This document shows positions 13,626 through 25,290 of a stretch of DNA of 64,000 bases, in pieces. The position numbers and the translations under genes were made by a program. The first letter of the stretch is position 1, and each line of letters starts with the position of its first letter. The notes beneath the pieces are model-generated. The model searched no databases, was not told where the DNA came from, and saw only the letters and a list, made by a program, of their open reading frames with translations. The stretch is from Octopus vulgaris. Its lineage: Eukaryota. The DNA lies in NCBI GenBank assembly GCA_951406725.2, contig OX597825.1, positions 88,102,001 through 88,166,000 on the forward strand, given 5' to 3'.

Positions 13626-14147
13626 TCCAGGCTTTTTGGTAGCTTTTTATTTTAGTGAGATTGATGTAACTATGAGAGTTGCATTAATGCAGTTATCTTC
13701 TCCGCTGGGGATAGGAAGAATTCTAAGGAAGGCCCTCGGTATCTAAGGAAGCTGCTTGTGATCCGGTATCAACGATATTGATTCCGAATGTAAGAGATTC
13801 GAGCATACTACTACTAATAATAATAATAACATAACAATAATAATAACAACAAAAACAGCAACAATAATAATAATAATGACAATAATAGAAATGATTATAA
13901 ATATGATGATGATGATGATATTAATATCATTATTATTATTTGTTTGTAGAAGTAATGATACAAGAAAGGGAGAATGAATCAAGGAGAAAGAAGCACAATA
14001 TGTACAAGAAGAAAGCGGAACAAAAAGGGCAGAAGAAATAAGAAAATTAGAAGTGAAAGTGAAAGTAGAGTATCTAACGCAATTAGATAGAAGAGTTCGT
14101 GGTGAGGGAAGAAGACAGAAAGAAAGAAAGAGAGAGAGAGAGAGAGT

Positions 14148-14190
<43 letters not shown>

Positions 14191-15452
14191 CAAACGAAAA
14201 TATTTTCACAACTCAATAAAACCAAAGAACTGAGAATAGAAGATAAAGAATAATTCTTTGAGGTTGATGGCATAATAATATGGCTGGTATCTTATATTCA
14301 TTCTATCTCCAATACTGTGCTTAAATATATCCTGGAATGGATGAGAACTCACGGAAATTCTTGTTTTAATAATAAGCCGTTATGCAAGAACATGCTGAGG
14401 GATTATGCTAACATGTTTGAAGAACTCAAACTTTATTGTGTTCTTGTGTAAGGTAGAATCTACCCAATCAGCTCGAACTGTATAAGAAGCGCAGAAAATT
14501 AAACGCTACGCTTGGTGAAAGTGGATAACGTTTGAAAAGCGAATGCAAATATTTCGTTGCTAGGTTAAAAGCAATATGGGTGCAACAATCTCTTAGCAGC
14601 TTCGCATCAATGAGCGGAGAAAATATCAATAGATCCACGACAAATAGCACAATTGTAATAGAATAGAGGGCCATATCCTATAGGAGGATAAATATATGCT
14701 GTTTCTGCAGTGGTTATATGATTATTTCCTTGGAATTACAACCAGATGCACACGAATTAAGAAAGATTATAGAGGAGAGGAAAGTTCTCGATGGTGAGGT
14801 AACGACTGTCATTTCTATCAACAGGTAAATATCTGAGGATTTCAGATAGAGCATGCGAACAATACGATCGATCTCAAGAAGAATCGCGATCGTACCATAA
14901 ACAACAATATATAAAATGTAATCAAGAAGACGATATGAGGTAAAACTATGTTTAAATATGAGGAAGACAAAAGAGAAACGAAAGAAAACATTTCCCCACG
15001 AACCATATATATATGACAATAGTGCTTTAGAATTTATTGGCCGCATTGCACAAACGTAGCCCACTTTCATCCCCATCCAATCGGAGAGACCAGGCGCTTG
15101 TAAGTTAGTTTTCCATTTGGCTAGCGCAATGGTAGATGGCTCATTTCCCATAGTTATACTACAGACGGATCATCAAGCTCATCATTAGCTAACAATAACA
15201 TATATATATAGATATAGATATATATATATATAAGGTAAGATAGGGTGTGAAATTAGGGTATTTCCAAGGAAGCACTCGACTCGAATACTGGGCTATCACC
15301 ACTGTCGTGCTCCAGGCCAGAGCTGCGATTACTTAGGTGTAGAAAATGTACATTTCATGGCGATTAGACGCTGATTGCGGTTGGCGAAGAGTAAATAAAC
15401 TAATGGAAAGAATGAGATGAAGGAAAAAGATGGATTTGTTACCAGTCTTCAG

Positions 15453-15555
15453 TACGACGATCGTTTCTGCTCATCTTTCAACTGTCCCTTGTGTGTAAGA
15501 TTGTACGCATGTAATTCTCTCCCATCAATCTGTGCAGTTTGTGTAACATCAGGTA
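15453..15555 (-). ncRNA. Type I hammerhead ribozyme motif (A9 substituted), in pLTR-like element about 15231-15580
   Basis: Minus strand UAC-CUGAUGU-...-GAGCA-GAAAC-GAUC-GUC-GUA: stem I UAC/GUA, palindromic stem III ACGAUCGU, GUC site. Confidence 0.6.
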
Positions 15556-15970
15556 GATGCATAGAGAAGGGGATGTCCCACTAGATATACTGAGATACTC
15601 TAGGCATGTTGTTCATGTCTGCTGTAGTTTCCTTATGACCGGATACTGTTGTTTGTTGGATATATAACGTAAGAAATGGAGTGGTAAAATACAGAGTAAG
15701 AGAGAATATATTTAGGTTAACGGGGAGGTGTGTGCATTCCCAATTATGAACACACACAGACACAAATGTACAGAAGCACACACACGTACCTACGCACCCA
15801 CAACCCTACCCACACACGCACACATAAATACACGGCCGAAAAATAGCTCCATGCTTGAAACCGAGGGTACGAATGAGTCTGAATCAAACTGTTTTCATCT
15901 CTCTATCTCTCTATCTATGTACATATCTGTCTAACTGTCCATCTACCTGTTCGTCTACCTATATATATAT

Positions 15971-16398
15971 ATAGTCAAAGTAAGCAACAGGAATATCTTC
16001 AGTTTTAAAATGTTGAGCAATCACCAGCCATTCATAGAGGTTCAAAGAAAATCTACAGTCAGAAGATGAATTCTAACACTTTAATGTTCTTAACATTCAA
16101 ATCGACCTCTCTGTCAGTATATCTACCCTCTTGATAATGTTAGCAGTTAACATGGAAATAACTATATGTATTGATGGGAAACCTCTATGAATGGCTGATG
16201 ATTGCTCAACATTTTAAAACTGATGTAATACTTACAATGTTCAATAAAATGATGTAGCGTGAAACGATCGTAGCAAATTACCGAAGATATTCTTGTTGCT
16301 TACTTTGATTATAATCACCCCATGGAATTATATGGATAACAAAATTGTGTGTACAAAATTCTGGTGCATCTGACTTAAGTACTATATTCATTTGAACT

Positions 16399-16399
<1 letters not shown>
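15971..16399 (+). mobile_element. Penelope-pLTR-like element with a hammerhead and an inverted 5' arm, flanked by (TA)n
   Basis: 16190-16399 is homologous to the reverse complement of 35311-35528 and partly to 11060-11186; 15970-16042 is an inverted copy of 16180-16221 plus 16283-16312. Confidence 0.75.
16192..16275 (+). ncRNA. Type I hammerhead ribozyme motif
   Basis: CUGAUGA (16195-16201), UUGCU...AGCGU stem II base, GAAAC (16261-16265), palindromic ACGAUCGU, GUA site; stem I weak. Confidence 0.7.
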
Positions 16400-16440
<41 letters not shown>

Positions 16441-17017
16441 ATCAACGTTTATTATGGGTAATTTAGTTCCGGCCATCTGTAAAATCTTCTCAATGTTAAT
16501 CACTTCATTACCAGATAACAAAAACAATTCCATATTGAAACGTTTTCATTTTCAATATCCAATTTCCATTATGCATGAAATAGTTTTCGCTATTTGTACA
16601 TCTGCTTGTCTCTAAATCCTCATGTCATTAAATTTCCCACTAATAATCATAATTGTCCACTGGATTTAGAAAGAACTAAGTCGCGTTAATTATTTCTGAT
16701 CACGCATAATTAATTTTCCTTCCTATATCAGGCATTCAACATATTGGATTGTCCGTCTCTTCATCGATGTCAAGATAGACCTAAGTAGCATTTGTATCCA
16801 ACTTTAATAGCACGAAATTATATTCGGACATTAAATATTCACACTTCAGAAGAATGTGCGTCCAGTTAGAATCGTTGAAAATGTTTTATTTGCTCAATAC
16901 AAATTCTGGATTTAGATATGTGAGACGTGATGTATATATGCTTTTCATTGTTTTTATGCTTTCATTTCCATGCAGGTTACATATACACTGGCACATACAC
17001 ACACACACACACCCGTA

Positions 17018-17060
<43 letters not shown>

Positions 17061-17239
17061 AGAGAGAGAGAGAGAGAGAGAGTACAGGTCATGATACAGT
17101 GATAATGTAAATTTGAAGTCTTCAAGTCTCAGAGAATATTTGTCATACATGCGCACACACACAAAGATGCGCACGCGCACACACACAAAGATGCGCACGT
17201 GCACACATATACACATACACACACACACACGCACGCACG

Positions 17240-17301
<62 letters not shown>

Positions 17302-17399
17302 TAATGGAATCTCTCGCCGAAGAAGCGGTCCAGCTGTTTGCCGAACAATCTGGACACAGGATCTTGTTTATAATGATGAAATGTTCTCGCTGTACAATA

Positions 17400-17643
17400 G
17401 CTGCTTCCCCCTCCCCAACGAATCGACAAGTGAACAGAATACCAGGTGTCAGGTGTCAAAGTGATCGCAGAGCAACGGGAGGACGCATCCCCGCCACCCT
17501 CCGGCCTACGAATTGAAGCCACGATCTCTCGATGGTCAGTTCAAAACTAGTCCACGAGTTTTCAAAAACACTAGTCCATGCGTCCCTAAATCGAACGAAA
17601 TATGGCGAAGCATTTTGCCTGGGGGGCTCACGATTCTCCCAGC
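17400..17643 (-). mobile_element. Composite of degenerate SINE fragments
   Basis: Reverse complement GCTGGGAGAATCGTGAGC...GGCAAAATGCTTCGCCATATTTCG resembles the family B head; the adjacent part resembles a tRNA/CORE head. Confidence 0.45.
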
Positions 17644-18237
17644 TATATTGCATGTCTATTTCTATACACACACACACACACACAGACACACATATATATA
17701 TAGGTGGGGTGGGGGTGTTTGTATGTAAATATGTTTGTATGCATATATATATATATATATATATATGCATACATATACGTGTGTGAGTATATCATTCATA
17801 TATGCACGCACTCATATATATAGAGCCTGGAAATATGGAATGTGATGAAGAATTTTTTTTACGCCCCCACTCCCATGGGATTGCGGCCATATATATTAGT
17901 TCTCTTGAAGCAATATCAACTTCGGGATACAAGGAATTATACGTCGATGTTCAATTCAATATGTGCTGAACATTATAATATGATATATTCACAAATTATT
18001 GAAGCAACATCCAAAGGCAAAGGAAAAATAACAGTCGGCGATTTGAAGATGCTACGTACACGCAGACAATATAGAAACACATCGGCGGAAGCATAAATAC
18101 AGACAACTGAAAACACAAGCACATACACACACACACACACACACGTATATAGTACGTATGAGAGAGATACATAGAGAGAGAGAGAGGGGGAGGGAGAATT
18201 AGGAGAGGAGGACATAACCCATGCGTGTATATATATG

Positions 18238-18718
18238 TATTTCGTTATTGCTCACAGGGGAGGGGGGCTAAACATAGACAAAGGGATGAAGTCGATTACA
18301 TCGGCCCCAGTGCGTAACTGGTACTAAATTTATCGACCACGAAAGGATGAAAGGCAAAGTCGACCTCGGCGGAATTTGAACTCAGAACGTAACGGCAGAC
18401 GAAATAAGGCTACGCATTTCGCCCGGCGTGCTAACGTTTCTTCCAACTCGCCGCCTTATGCGTGTATGTATATATATATATATATGTATTTCTTTATTGC
18501 TCACAGGGGGTTAAACATAGAGGGTTTAAACAAGGACAGGCAAAGGGATTAAGTCGATTACATCGACACTATTGCATAACTGGTACTTATTTAAACGACA
18601 CCGAAAGTATGAAAGGTAAAGTAGAGCTCGGCGAAATTTGAACTCAGAACGTAACGGCAGATGAAATACCGCTAAGCATTTCGGGTGGTGTGGTAACGTT
18701 TCTGCCAGTTCGCCGCCC
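18238..18718 (-). mobile_element. Two adjacent Meta-domain SINEs (18238-18457 and 18487-18718)
   Basis: Both match family B over their full length, separated by a short TA tract. Confidence 0.88.
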
Positions 18719-18739
18719 TCGATGCATATATATATATTT

Positions 18740-18995
18740 ACCGAAACCCTCCCTCCTTCGTTTGCGATGACGAAGGTTCGACTTAATCAACGGTACACGT
18801 GACTGAGCTCTCTTTAATGTAGTTTTCAGGGAGATTCAGTGTAACACAGAATGCCAAAAAGCTGTTCTTGTTTGAATTACAGGTAAACGCGTTTTTCGAC
18901 AAGCTAAGTGAACTGCAATAGCATAAAATAAGGTGAGTTGCTGAAGGACGAACGCGCCGCCGAGCATCCAATGCAGGAACTTATAACGGGGAGCC
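18740..18995 (-). mobile_element. Degenerate SINE
   Basis: Reverse complement has a tRNA-like head remnant followed by ...CTGAATCTCCCTGAAAACTACATTAAAG...GTCGAACCTTCGTCATCGC; family not determined. Confidence 0.45.
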
Positions 18996-19070
18996 GCACA
19001 CACGCGATACACACACATGTAAATTATACATGTATACACACATGAAAATATGTATGAATATATTGTGTGC

Positions 19071-19141
<71 letters not shown>

Positions 19142-19142
19142 A

Positions 19143-19203
<61 letters not shown>

Positions 19204-19207
<4 letters not shown>

Positions 19208-19504
19208 CGTGACCGACCAGGCTATCAGATGTTGCTACATATCGCTGGTTACAATGCGCTTTGCATTGTTTTAGCCTTCAACTGACGCCACCCTGCTGGC
19301 TGAGCGAGCAGGCCAACAGAAGAAAGAGTGAGAGAAAATTGTGGCGAATAAGTACAGCAGAGATCGTCACCACGCCCTGCCGGAGGCTCGTAGAGCTTTA
19401 GGTGTTTTCGTTCAATAAACACTCACAATGCCCGCTCTGGGAATCGAAACCGCGATCCTACTATCGCGAGTCCACTGCCCTAAGCACTGGACCATTGCAC
19501 CTCC
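19204..19504 (-). mobile_element. tRNA(Arg)-headed SINE (family A), long tail, abutting (TA)n
   Basis: Colinear with 7186-7492; A and B boxes present. Confidence 0.88.
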
Positions 19505-19733
19505 ACACACACACGCACGCACACACACACACACACACACGCATATATATATATATATTCATGTGTGTGCGTGTTTGAGTGTGTGTATGAATGTGTATGT
19601 CAGTGTTCAATTTTATTTCAAGATTTTCTGCCTATAGAGAAGGAGTCGTTTCTAACTTTGATCTAAAGCTCCTTTGTTGGAATTTCAACGTCAACAACAG
19701 GGTATTTTTCTTTGTATGTATGTATGTATGCGT

Positions 19734-19945
19734 GGAGGCGCAATGGCCTAGTGGTTAGGGCAGCGGACTCGCGGTCGCAGGATCGCGGTTTCGATTCTCA
19801 GACCGGGCGTTGTGTGTGTTTATTGAGCGAAAACACCTAAAAGCTCTACGAGGCTCCGGCAGGGGGTGGTGATCCCTGCTGTACTCTTTCACCACAATGG
19901 CGGTGCCCCAGCATGGCCACAGCTCAAGAGCTGAAACTGGAAAAC
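19734..19945 (+). mobile_element. tRNA(Arg)-headed SINE (family A head) with a CR1-group LINE tail
   Basis: GGAGGCGCAATGGCCTAGTGGTTAGGGCAGCGGACTCGCGG...GGTTTCGATTC up to 19897, then TGGCGGTGCCCCAGCATGGCCACAGCTCAAGAGCTGAAAC, as at 820-859. Confidence 0.9.
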
Positions 19946-20368
19946 ATAAACATATAAATAAACATATATGCAAAATTGTATGTTTTGCTTTATGTATGCA
20001 TTCTCATGCTTATAGGTGCATATCTAGACACACTCATAAATATTGAAATGATAAATTTCTGGAAAGTTTTACAGAATTTTACAGTTACAGTAATGGATTC
20101 GAACTGTAGTCTTCTCAAGAAGGGTTTTTATGCAGTGTGTTACGTATGTATGGACGTATATAGGTAGGTTGACATCTACTTGATATGTGCTGCTTCTCCC
20201 TCACCACATATGTTTCATCATGTATGTATGTATATATCTATCTATCTATACATATATACAATAATAATAAAAGCGTAAAATTAATTAATTAATAATTATA
20301 CCAAGTAGTTCGGTACGTTAAAATATCCTTTTAGAGTAACGTTATACAAGTATTCTATAATTATAAAC

Positions 20369-20617
20369 ATAATTATAATCAGGGGTCGGCACGCACCAAA
20401 TTTAGAAATAGCAGTTAAACTACCTATTCTGTTACTATAAATATCTCCCAGACAGTAACAGACTAAGTCGTGTGGATTTGTTATTTTTTCTCTTTGCCTA
20501 CACAAAAAGTGTGTTACTGTCTGAGAGATATTTCTGGTAGCAGAATAGGTATTTTAACTGCTATTTCTAAATTCGGTGCGTAGCGAAGCAATTAGCTGAT
20601 TCCTGATTATAATTATA
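20369..20617. repeat. Fold-back hairpin with arms of about 90 bp
   Basis: ATAATTATAATCAGG...ACGCACCAAATTTAGAAATAGCAGTTAAA...CAGACAGTAACA pairs with TGTTACTGTCTG...TTTAACTGCTATTTCTAAATTCGGTGCGT...CCTGATTATAATTAT. Confidence 0.9.
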
Positions 20618-20946
20618 GAACTCTTTTATACATATATGTATGTATTATCCATATATGTATACATGTATACATAAATCTACCCGGAAATAATTGTTGATTT
20701 TGAAATTAATAATTATTTACCCTTATATTATTAATAATGGAATTTTTCACTCCCTTATGACAATCCATAGTTGTATCCCTGAGGAACTATTTTTGTGACG
20801 CACGTGGTAAAATTTTGGAGGGAAAATACGAATGCATTCGTCTATATGGATTTGGCCTGTGTTAATTGCGTTATGCTATCTCCGATGGCGCGAGGTCGGG
20901 AAGCAAGAGGTATGTAAGTTAACATTTGTAAATCTATCAAAGGAAT

Positions 20947-21006
20947 GTTACGCTGAAGATGGGGGTGGATTTGTTTATAATTCTGGCCGAGAAATGCGTC
21001 CGTAAC
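20947..21006 (+). ncRNA. Type I hammerhead ribozyme motif
   Basis: GUUACG-CUGAAGA-(stem II, imperfect)-GAAA-UGC-GUC-CGUAAC: perfect 6-bp stem I, intact core, predicted cleavage after C21000. Confidence 0.8.
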
Positions 21007-21696
21007 TAATCGAAGATTTTGTTTTCGTTATTTTTCATATTGTTTTACATATGCGAGTTACATGTACATGTTATATGTGGAGTCATATTTGTAGAAAATA
21101 GAAAGAAGCGGTCTTTGACTGTTATTTTTAATTTTTCAGTATGTGGCTAAGCGACCTGTGCTTGCCCTTTTTATTTATATACATGTGTATATGTTAATTA
21201 GCTCTTCAGCTGTAGTGAAATATTGAGTGAATGGTGTCTGGCATCATTTAATCCATTGTTTAATGATTTGCCGTGATAGAAATATTTATACTCCATATAG
21301 GATCCACCAATACCATTTGTTGAAACTCCTGCGGAAAATAATAGATGGGTGAACACTTCAAAAAGATATGGAGGCGGGAAAAGAAACAGCTTCAAAAGAC
21401 GTATCCAATATACTTGTGTGAAATCAAACTTACATTCATTAAATAGATTCGTGCTGTAAGTTGTTTCATGAAAATACTGTTAATTTCGTCTTTTGAGCCG
21501 ATTCAACCAGCAGCCAAAATCGATTATTGCTTCGAATTCATTTACACAAATTAGAAAATTATTGAACAAGGATAAAATATAAAAAGTAAAATAGTTTATA
21601 CAGTTTTGTTAAAAATGTATTAAAGAAGGAATGGAACTGCCACCACCGGTCTTAAACTTATTTTGGCCAATGTATGTATGCATATATATATATATA

Positions 21697-22017
21697 ACGT
21701 GTCTTGAATGCCACGACAATAAAGAGTGAACTATAATAACTGTTATAATTAAGTTAATTATTCATAATCTGATGTAATATTTCGCTTTACAAAAATTCCA
21801 TCTTTAGATATTGCTCAGAATTAATGGAGTCCCAGTTATGATTGGTTTTCCAAGTAACAATTGGAAAACTGATTATAACAGTGACTCCGTTAATTTCTAG
21901 CAATGTCTGAAGAAGGAATTTTTATATTCCGAAATGTTATGTTAGGCTATGAATAAGGAAATCATTTATAACAGTTATTATTGTCCACTCTGCATTGTTG
22001 TGCTATTCAAGACACGT
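21697..22017. repeat. 321-nt rod-like fold-back element containing a hammerhead
   Basis: Arms 21697-21853 and 21861-22017 align without gaps at roughly 78% identity around a 7-nt loop; TA/TATG microsatellites on both sides. Confidence 0.92.
21902..21943 (+). ncRNA. Minimal type I hammerhead ribozyme motif
   Basis: AAUGU-CUGAAGA-A-GGAAU(UUUUAU)AUUCC-GAAA-UG-UU-AUGUU; the CUGAAGAAGG...CCGAAA form seen in Penelope pLTRs. Confidence 0.7.
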
Positions 22018-22282
22018 GACAGTTCACAAACAATACACGATACAATGCTTCCAGCGAACTATAATGCCCTGTTGTATATATGTATATATATATATGTATG
22101 TATGTATATATATATATATGTATGCATGTATGTATATATATATATGTATGTACATGTTTGTTTGGTGATAAAAACTTAGATAAAACTTAGATATGTTTCG
22201 ACCAGAGATTGGTCCAGGCCATGTCTAACTTAATAGCACCACCTGATAGGATTATTCGAATCCTGTTTAAGTCAAGTTTTGT

Positions 22283-25200
22283 TCAAGTAGTGAGTTCTTG
22301 TTTGGTGAGTTGTATCCAGTTTTGTTCAAGTAGTGAGTTCTTGTTGGGTGAGTTGTATCCAATTATGGGTGGCTTGTCTGGTATTCTTTGAAGGAATCTA
22401 TCCAGACTCTGTTTGAAGTTGATGGGATCCTTTTCCTCTTTGATCTCCCTCGGGACAATGTTAAATAGGGCAGGGCCTGTTGAGGAAAAGAAATTATGTT
22501 GCAGTGTACATGTATGTTGTGATCTTGAATTTGGCAGGGGACGTATAGCCCGTGGTCCAAGTCTCGGATGAACCTTGAAGCTAATGTTTAGGTCGTTTGG
22601 GCAAAGTTGGCGGTATATTTTCCACATCGTACAAATGATGTACCGCTCACGGCGACGCTGGAGGGAGTAAAGTTTCAAGGCTTTAAGGCGATCCCAATAG
22701 TCGAGAGCAGCCATGCCTTCAATTTGTTTAGTGAGAGCCCTCTGGGGTGACTCAATTCTGGAGATGTTTTGTCTTGTGTGAGGAGACCACAGTGGGCAGC
22801 AGTATTCAAGGTGTGGCCGTACAAAGGATGAAAAAAGTGGTATGATGACACCTTGTTCTCTGGACCGGAAAGTTCTTAAGATCCAGGAACTCATCCTACG
22901 AGCTGTATCGACCTTCTTGTTGATGTGTGCGCTCCAACTGAGATCGTCATCAACAATTACACCCAGGTCTCTGATATTGTTAGAGGCTGTGAACGGTTCC
23001 CCTGAAGGAAGAGAGTATGGTTGTTTTAGTGAGGAATTTCTTCCAAAATGCATCAGCTCAAATTTTCCCTCATTCAGTCGCATTTTGTTTCTGTCTGCCC
23101 ATTGACTCACAGCATATAGGTCAGACTGGAGTTGAGTTCGGTCTGCTTCTTCATTGACGATTTGCTGGAGCTTAGTGTCATCAGCGAATATTTTCACTTT
23201 GCAGTGATGTACGACACTGGAAAGGTCGTTTACATAAATTATGAAGAGTAGCGGACCCAAAACAGTTCCCTGGGGAACACCACTGGTGACTTTTGCTGGG
23301 TTTGAGTGGACTCCATCAACTACAACATGTTGTGTTCTATTCGCTAGGAAATACTGAATCCAGTGTAGAACTTTTCCACGGATTCCAAAATTTGCCAATT
23401 TTGAGAGTAGGATGTTATGGTCTACCCTGTCGAACGCTTTACTGAAGTCAAGGTATATGACGTCAGAGTTCGAACCTGTTCCCAAGGCTTTGAGTACATC
23501 TTCAATGTGGTGTAAGAGCTGTGTTAGACAGTCCCTGCCACAGCGAAAGCCATGTTGATTTGAATTTAGGAGTTTGTGGGTCTCCAGGAAGTCAGCTATC
23601 CTTGATCTTAACACTCTTTCAAACACTTTAATGATGTGGGAGGTGAGTGAGATTGGGCGATAGTTGACTGCGAGGGATCTGTTTCCCTGTTTGAAAACCG
23701 GGATGACCGACTGGGATAGAAACTTTTTCGGTATATAACCTGCGTCTAACGAGTTTCTCCAGAGGTTGGTCAGAGGGACTGCAAGTTGATATCTACATTC
23801 CTTCAGGAGACTGGCGGGAAATCTATCAGGGCCTACAGCGGAGTAATGTTTGACCTCATTTATTGCTGCTACGATGTCGGTGGCAGTGAAGGTTATGTCT
23901 GCGATTTTGTGTTGGGAGTCAGCTTCGTTCGTTTCCCTCACATCAATATCAGTGGGAACACTGAAGACAGAGCAATATTGTTTCTGCAGTATTTCTGCCA
24001 TTTCTTTAGCATCGTGTTGGGGAATGCCGTTTTCATCAATCAATGGCCCAAGAGGTGAGACAGTGGTTCTATGCTTATTTGCATAAGAATAGAACACTTT
24101 TGGGTTCTGTTTGATGTTTTTGATTACCCATTGTTCCTCCACAGCTCTTTGATTTTCAATGGAGGTTTTCATGTTAGTCTGCAGATGAAGTTTTTCCAGC
24201 TCTAGTCTTTTCATTGTTGTTGAATGTGGATGTTGCGTGTGGGAATATTTTAATTGGTTGATTTTTTTGTTGAGTCTTTTGATGCGCCTGATGAGTGTTT
24301 TTTTCTTTTTAGGGAGCCGGTTTCTGTTTGTGTTAGTAGATTTCTTGGGAGCGTGTTTAGAGCATGTGTCGGTGACAATGGTTTCAAAGTGCTGCCACGC
24401 GGTCTCAATATGAGGGGAATTGAGAGTAAAAGACCAGTCGATGGAAGACAGATCCTTTCTGATTGTTCCCCAGTCCGCTTTGTGGAAATTTATGTTGTCA
24501 AATGGGTGCCATGGAGTGGGATTGGCTGGTTTGGTTTTTATACGTCGGGAATTAAGATTGCAGAGTACCATGTCGTGGTCTGAGAGGAGAGTTTTTCGAC
24601 TGAAATGCTGTGAACGTAGCTAGAGTGATTGGTCAGTACCAGATCCAAGATCGTTTTATTCTGTCTCGTTGGTTCAAGCACTAGCTGAGTCAGGAAATAC
24701 TCATCCATCAGATTAAAGAGCAGTTCTGCTGCTGCCCTATCTGATGTAGAGCACTTGCCCAACTTCGGAGTATTTGTGGGCCAGTTCACATGAGGGAGGT
24801 TAAAATCACCCATCACTATTATGATTCCGGAGTGGTACTTCCGAAGGAAGGACTTGACTTTGCTAAAGCACTCTTCAAAGTACTTTAGAGGTGCCTGGGG
24901 AGGCCTGTAAAGACCAACAATGGTTATGTCCTTGGCTTTGTTGTATACTGATACCGATTCACAGTAGCCATTGGAAAATGTGTCCTTGGCATCAAGTGAA
25001 AAGGAGTCATGGATAAAGATGGCTGTCCCTCCCTTATTTCGGTCTGTGCGATCCGCACGAACAATGGTGAAATCTTTTATTTTCACCTCTGCGTCCATAT
25101 GGGTGTTGTTCAGGTGAGTCTCGGTAAGGATAAAGAAAGGGAAGCAATGTGCCATTTCGGCAAGCCAACTCTCTATATATGGGATCTTCCATTTTTGGGC

Positions 25201-25290
25201 AATAATTGATGGGTTGATGCCACGTACATTTAACAGGAATGTCGAGGTAAGGGAAGTTGGTAATGGGTGAGTGGTCCTTGTGATTTGCAT
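22283..25290 (-). CDS. LINE ORF2: apurinic-like endonuclease plus reverse transcriptase (about 1000 aa after repairing one frameshift at 24592-24596)
   Basis: Endonuclease motifs NVRG, LTETHL, YRPP, GDFN, PTR, LDLVL; adding one A restores EKTLLSDHDMV (SDH) and joins the 762-aa frame with YLDFSKAFD, GVPQGTVLGPLLF and FADD. Confidence 0.93.

Noticed and set aside
13743-14273. 176-aa hydrophobic ORF resembling a membrane protein
   Set aside because: Derived from (AAT)n, (GA)n and (GT)n repeats.
16220-16228. CTGATGTA first read as a variant hammerhead core
   Set aside because: A canonical CUGANGA lies about 25 nt upstream in all three family copies and closes stem I in the 35443 copy.
19734-19810. 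tRNA-Arg-like sequence
   Set aside because: The acceptor stem does not pair and it continues into SINE body sequence, so it is a SINE head, not a tRNA gene.
20775-20852. CTGAGGA followed by the palindrome ACGAATGCATTCGT-C
   Set aside because: GAAA is offset from the palindrome and there is no stem II.
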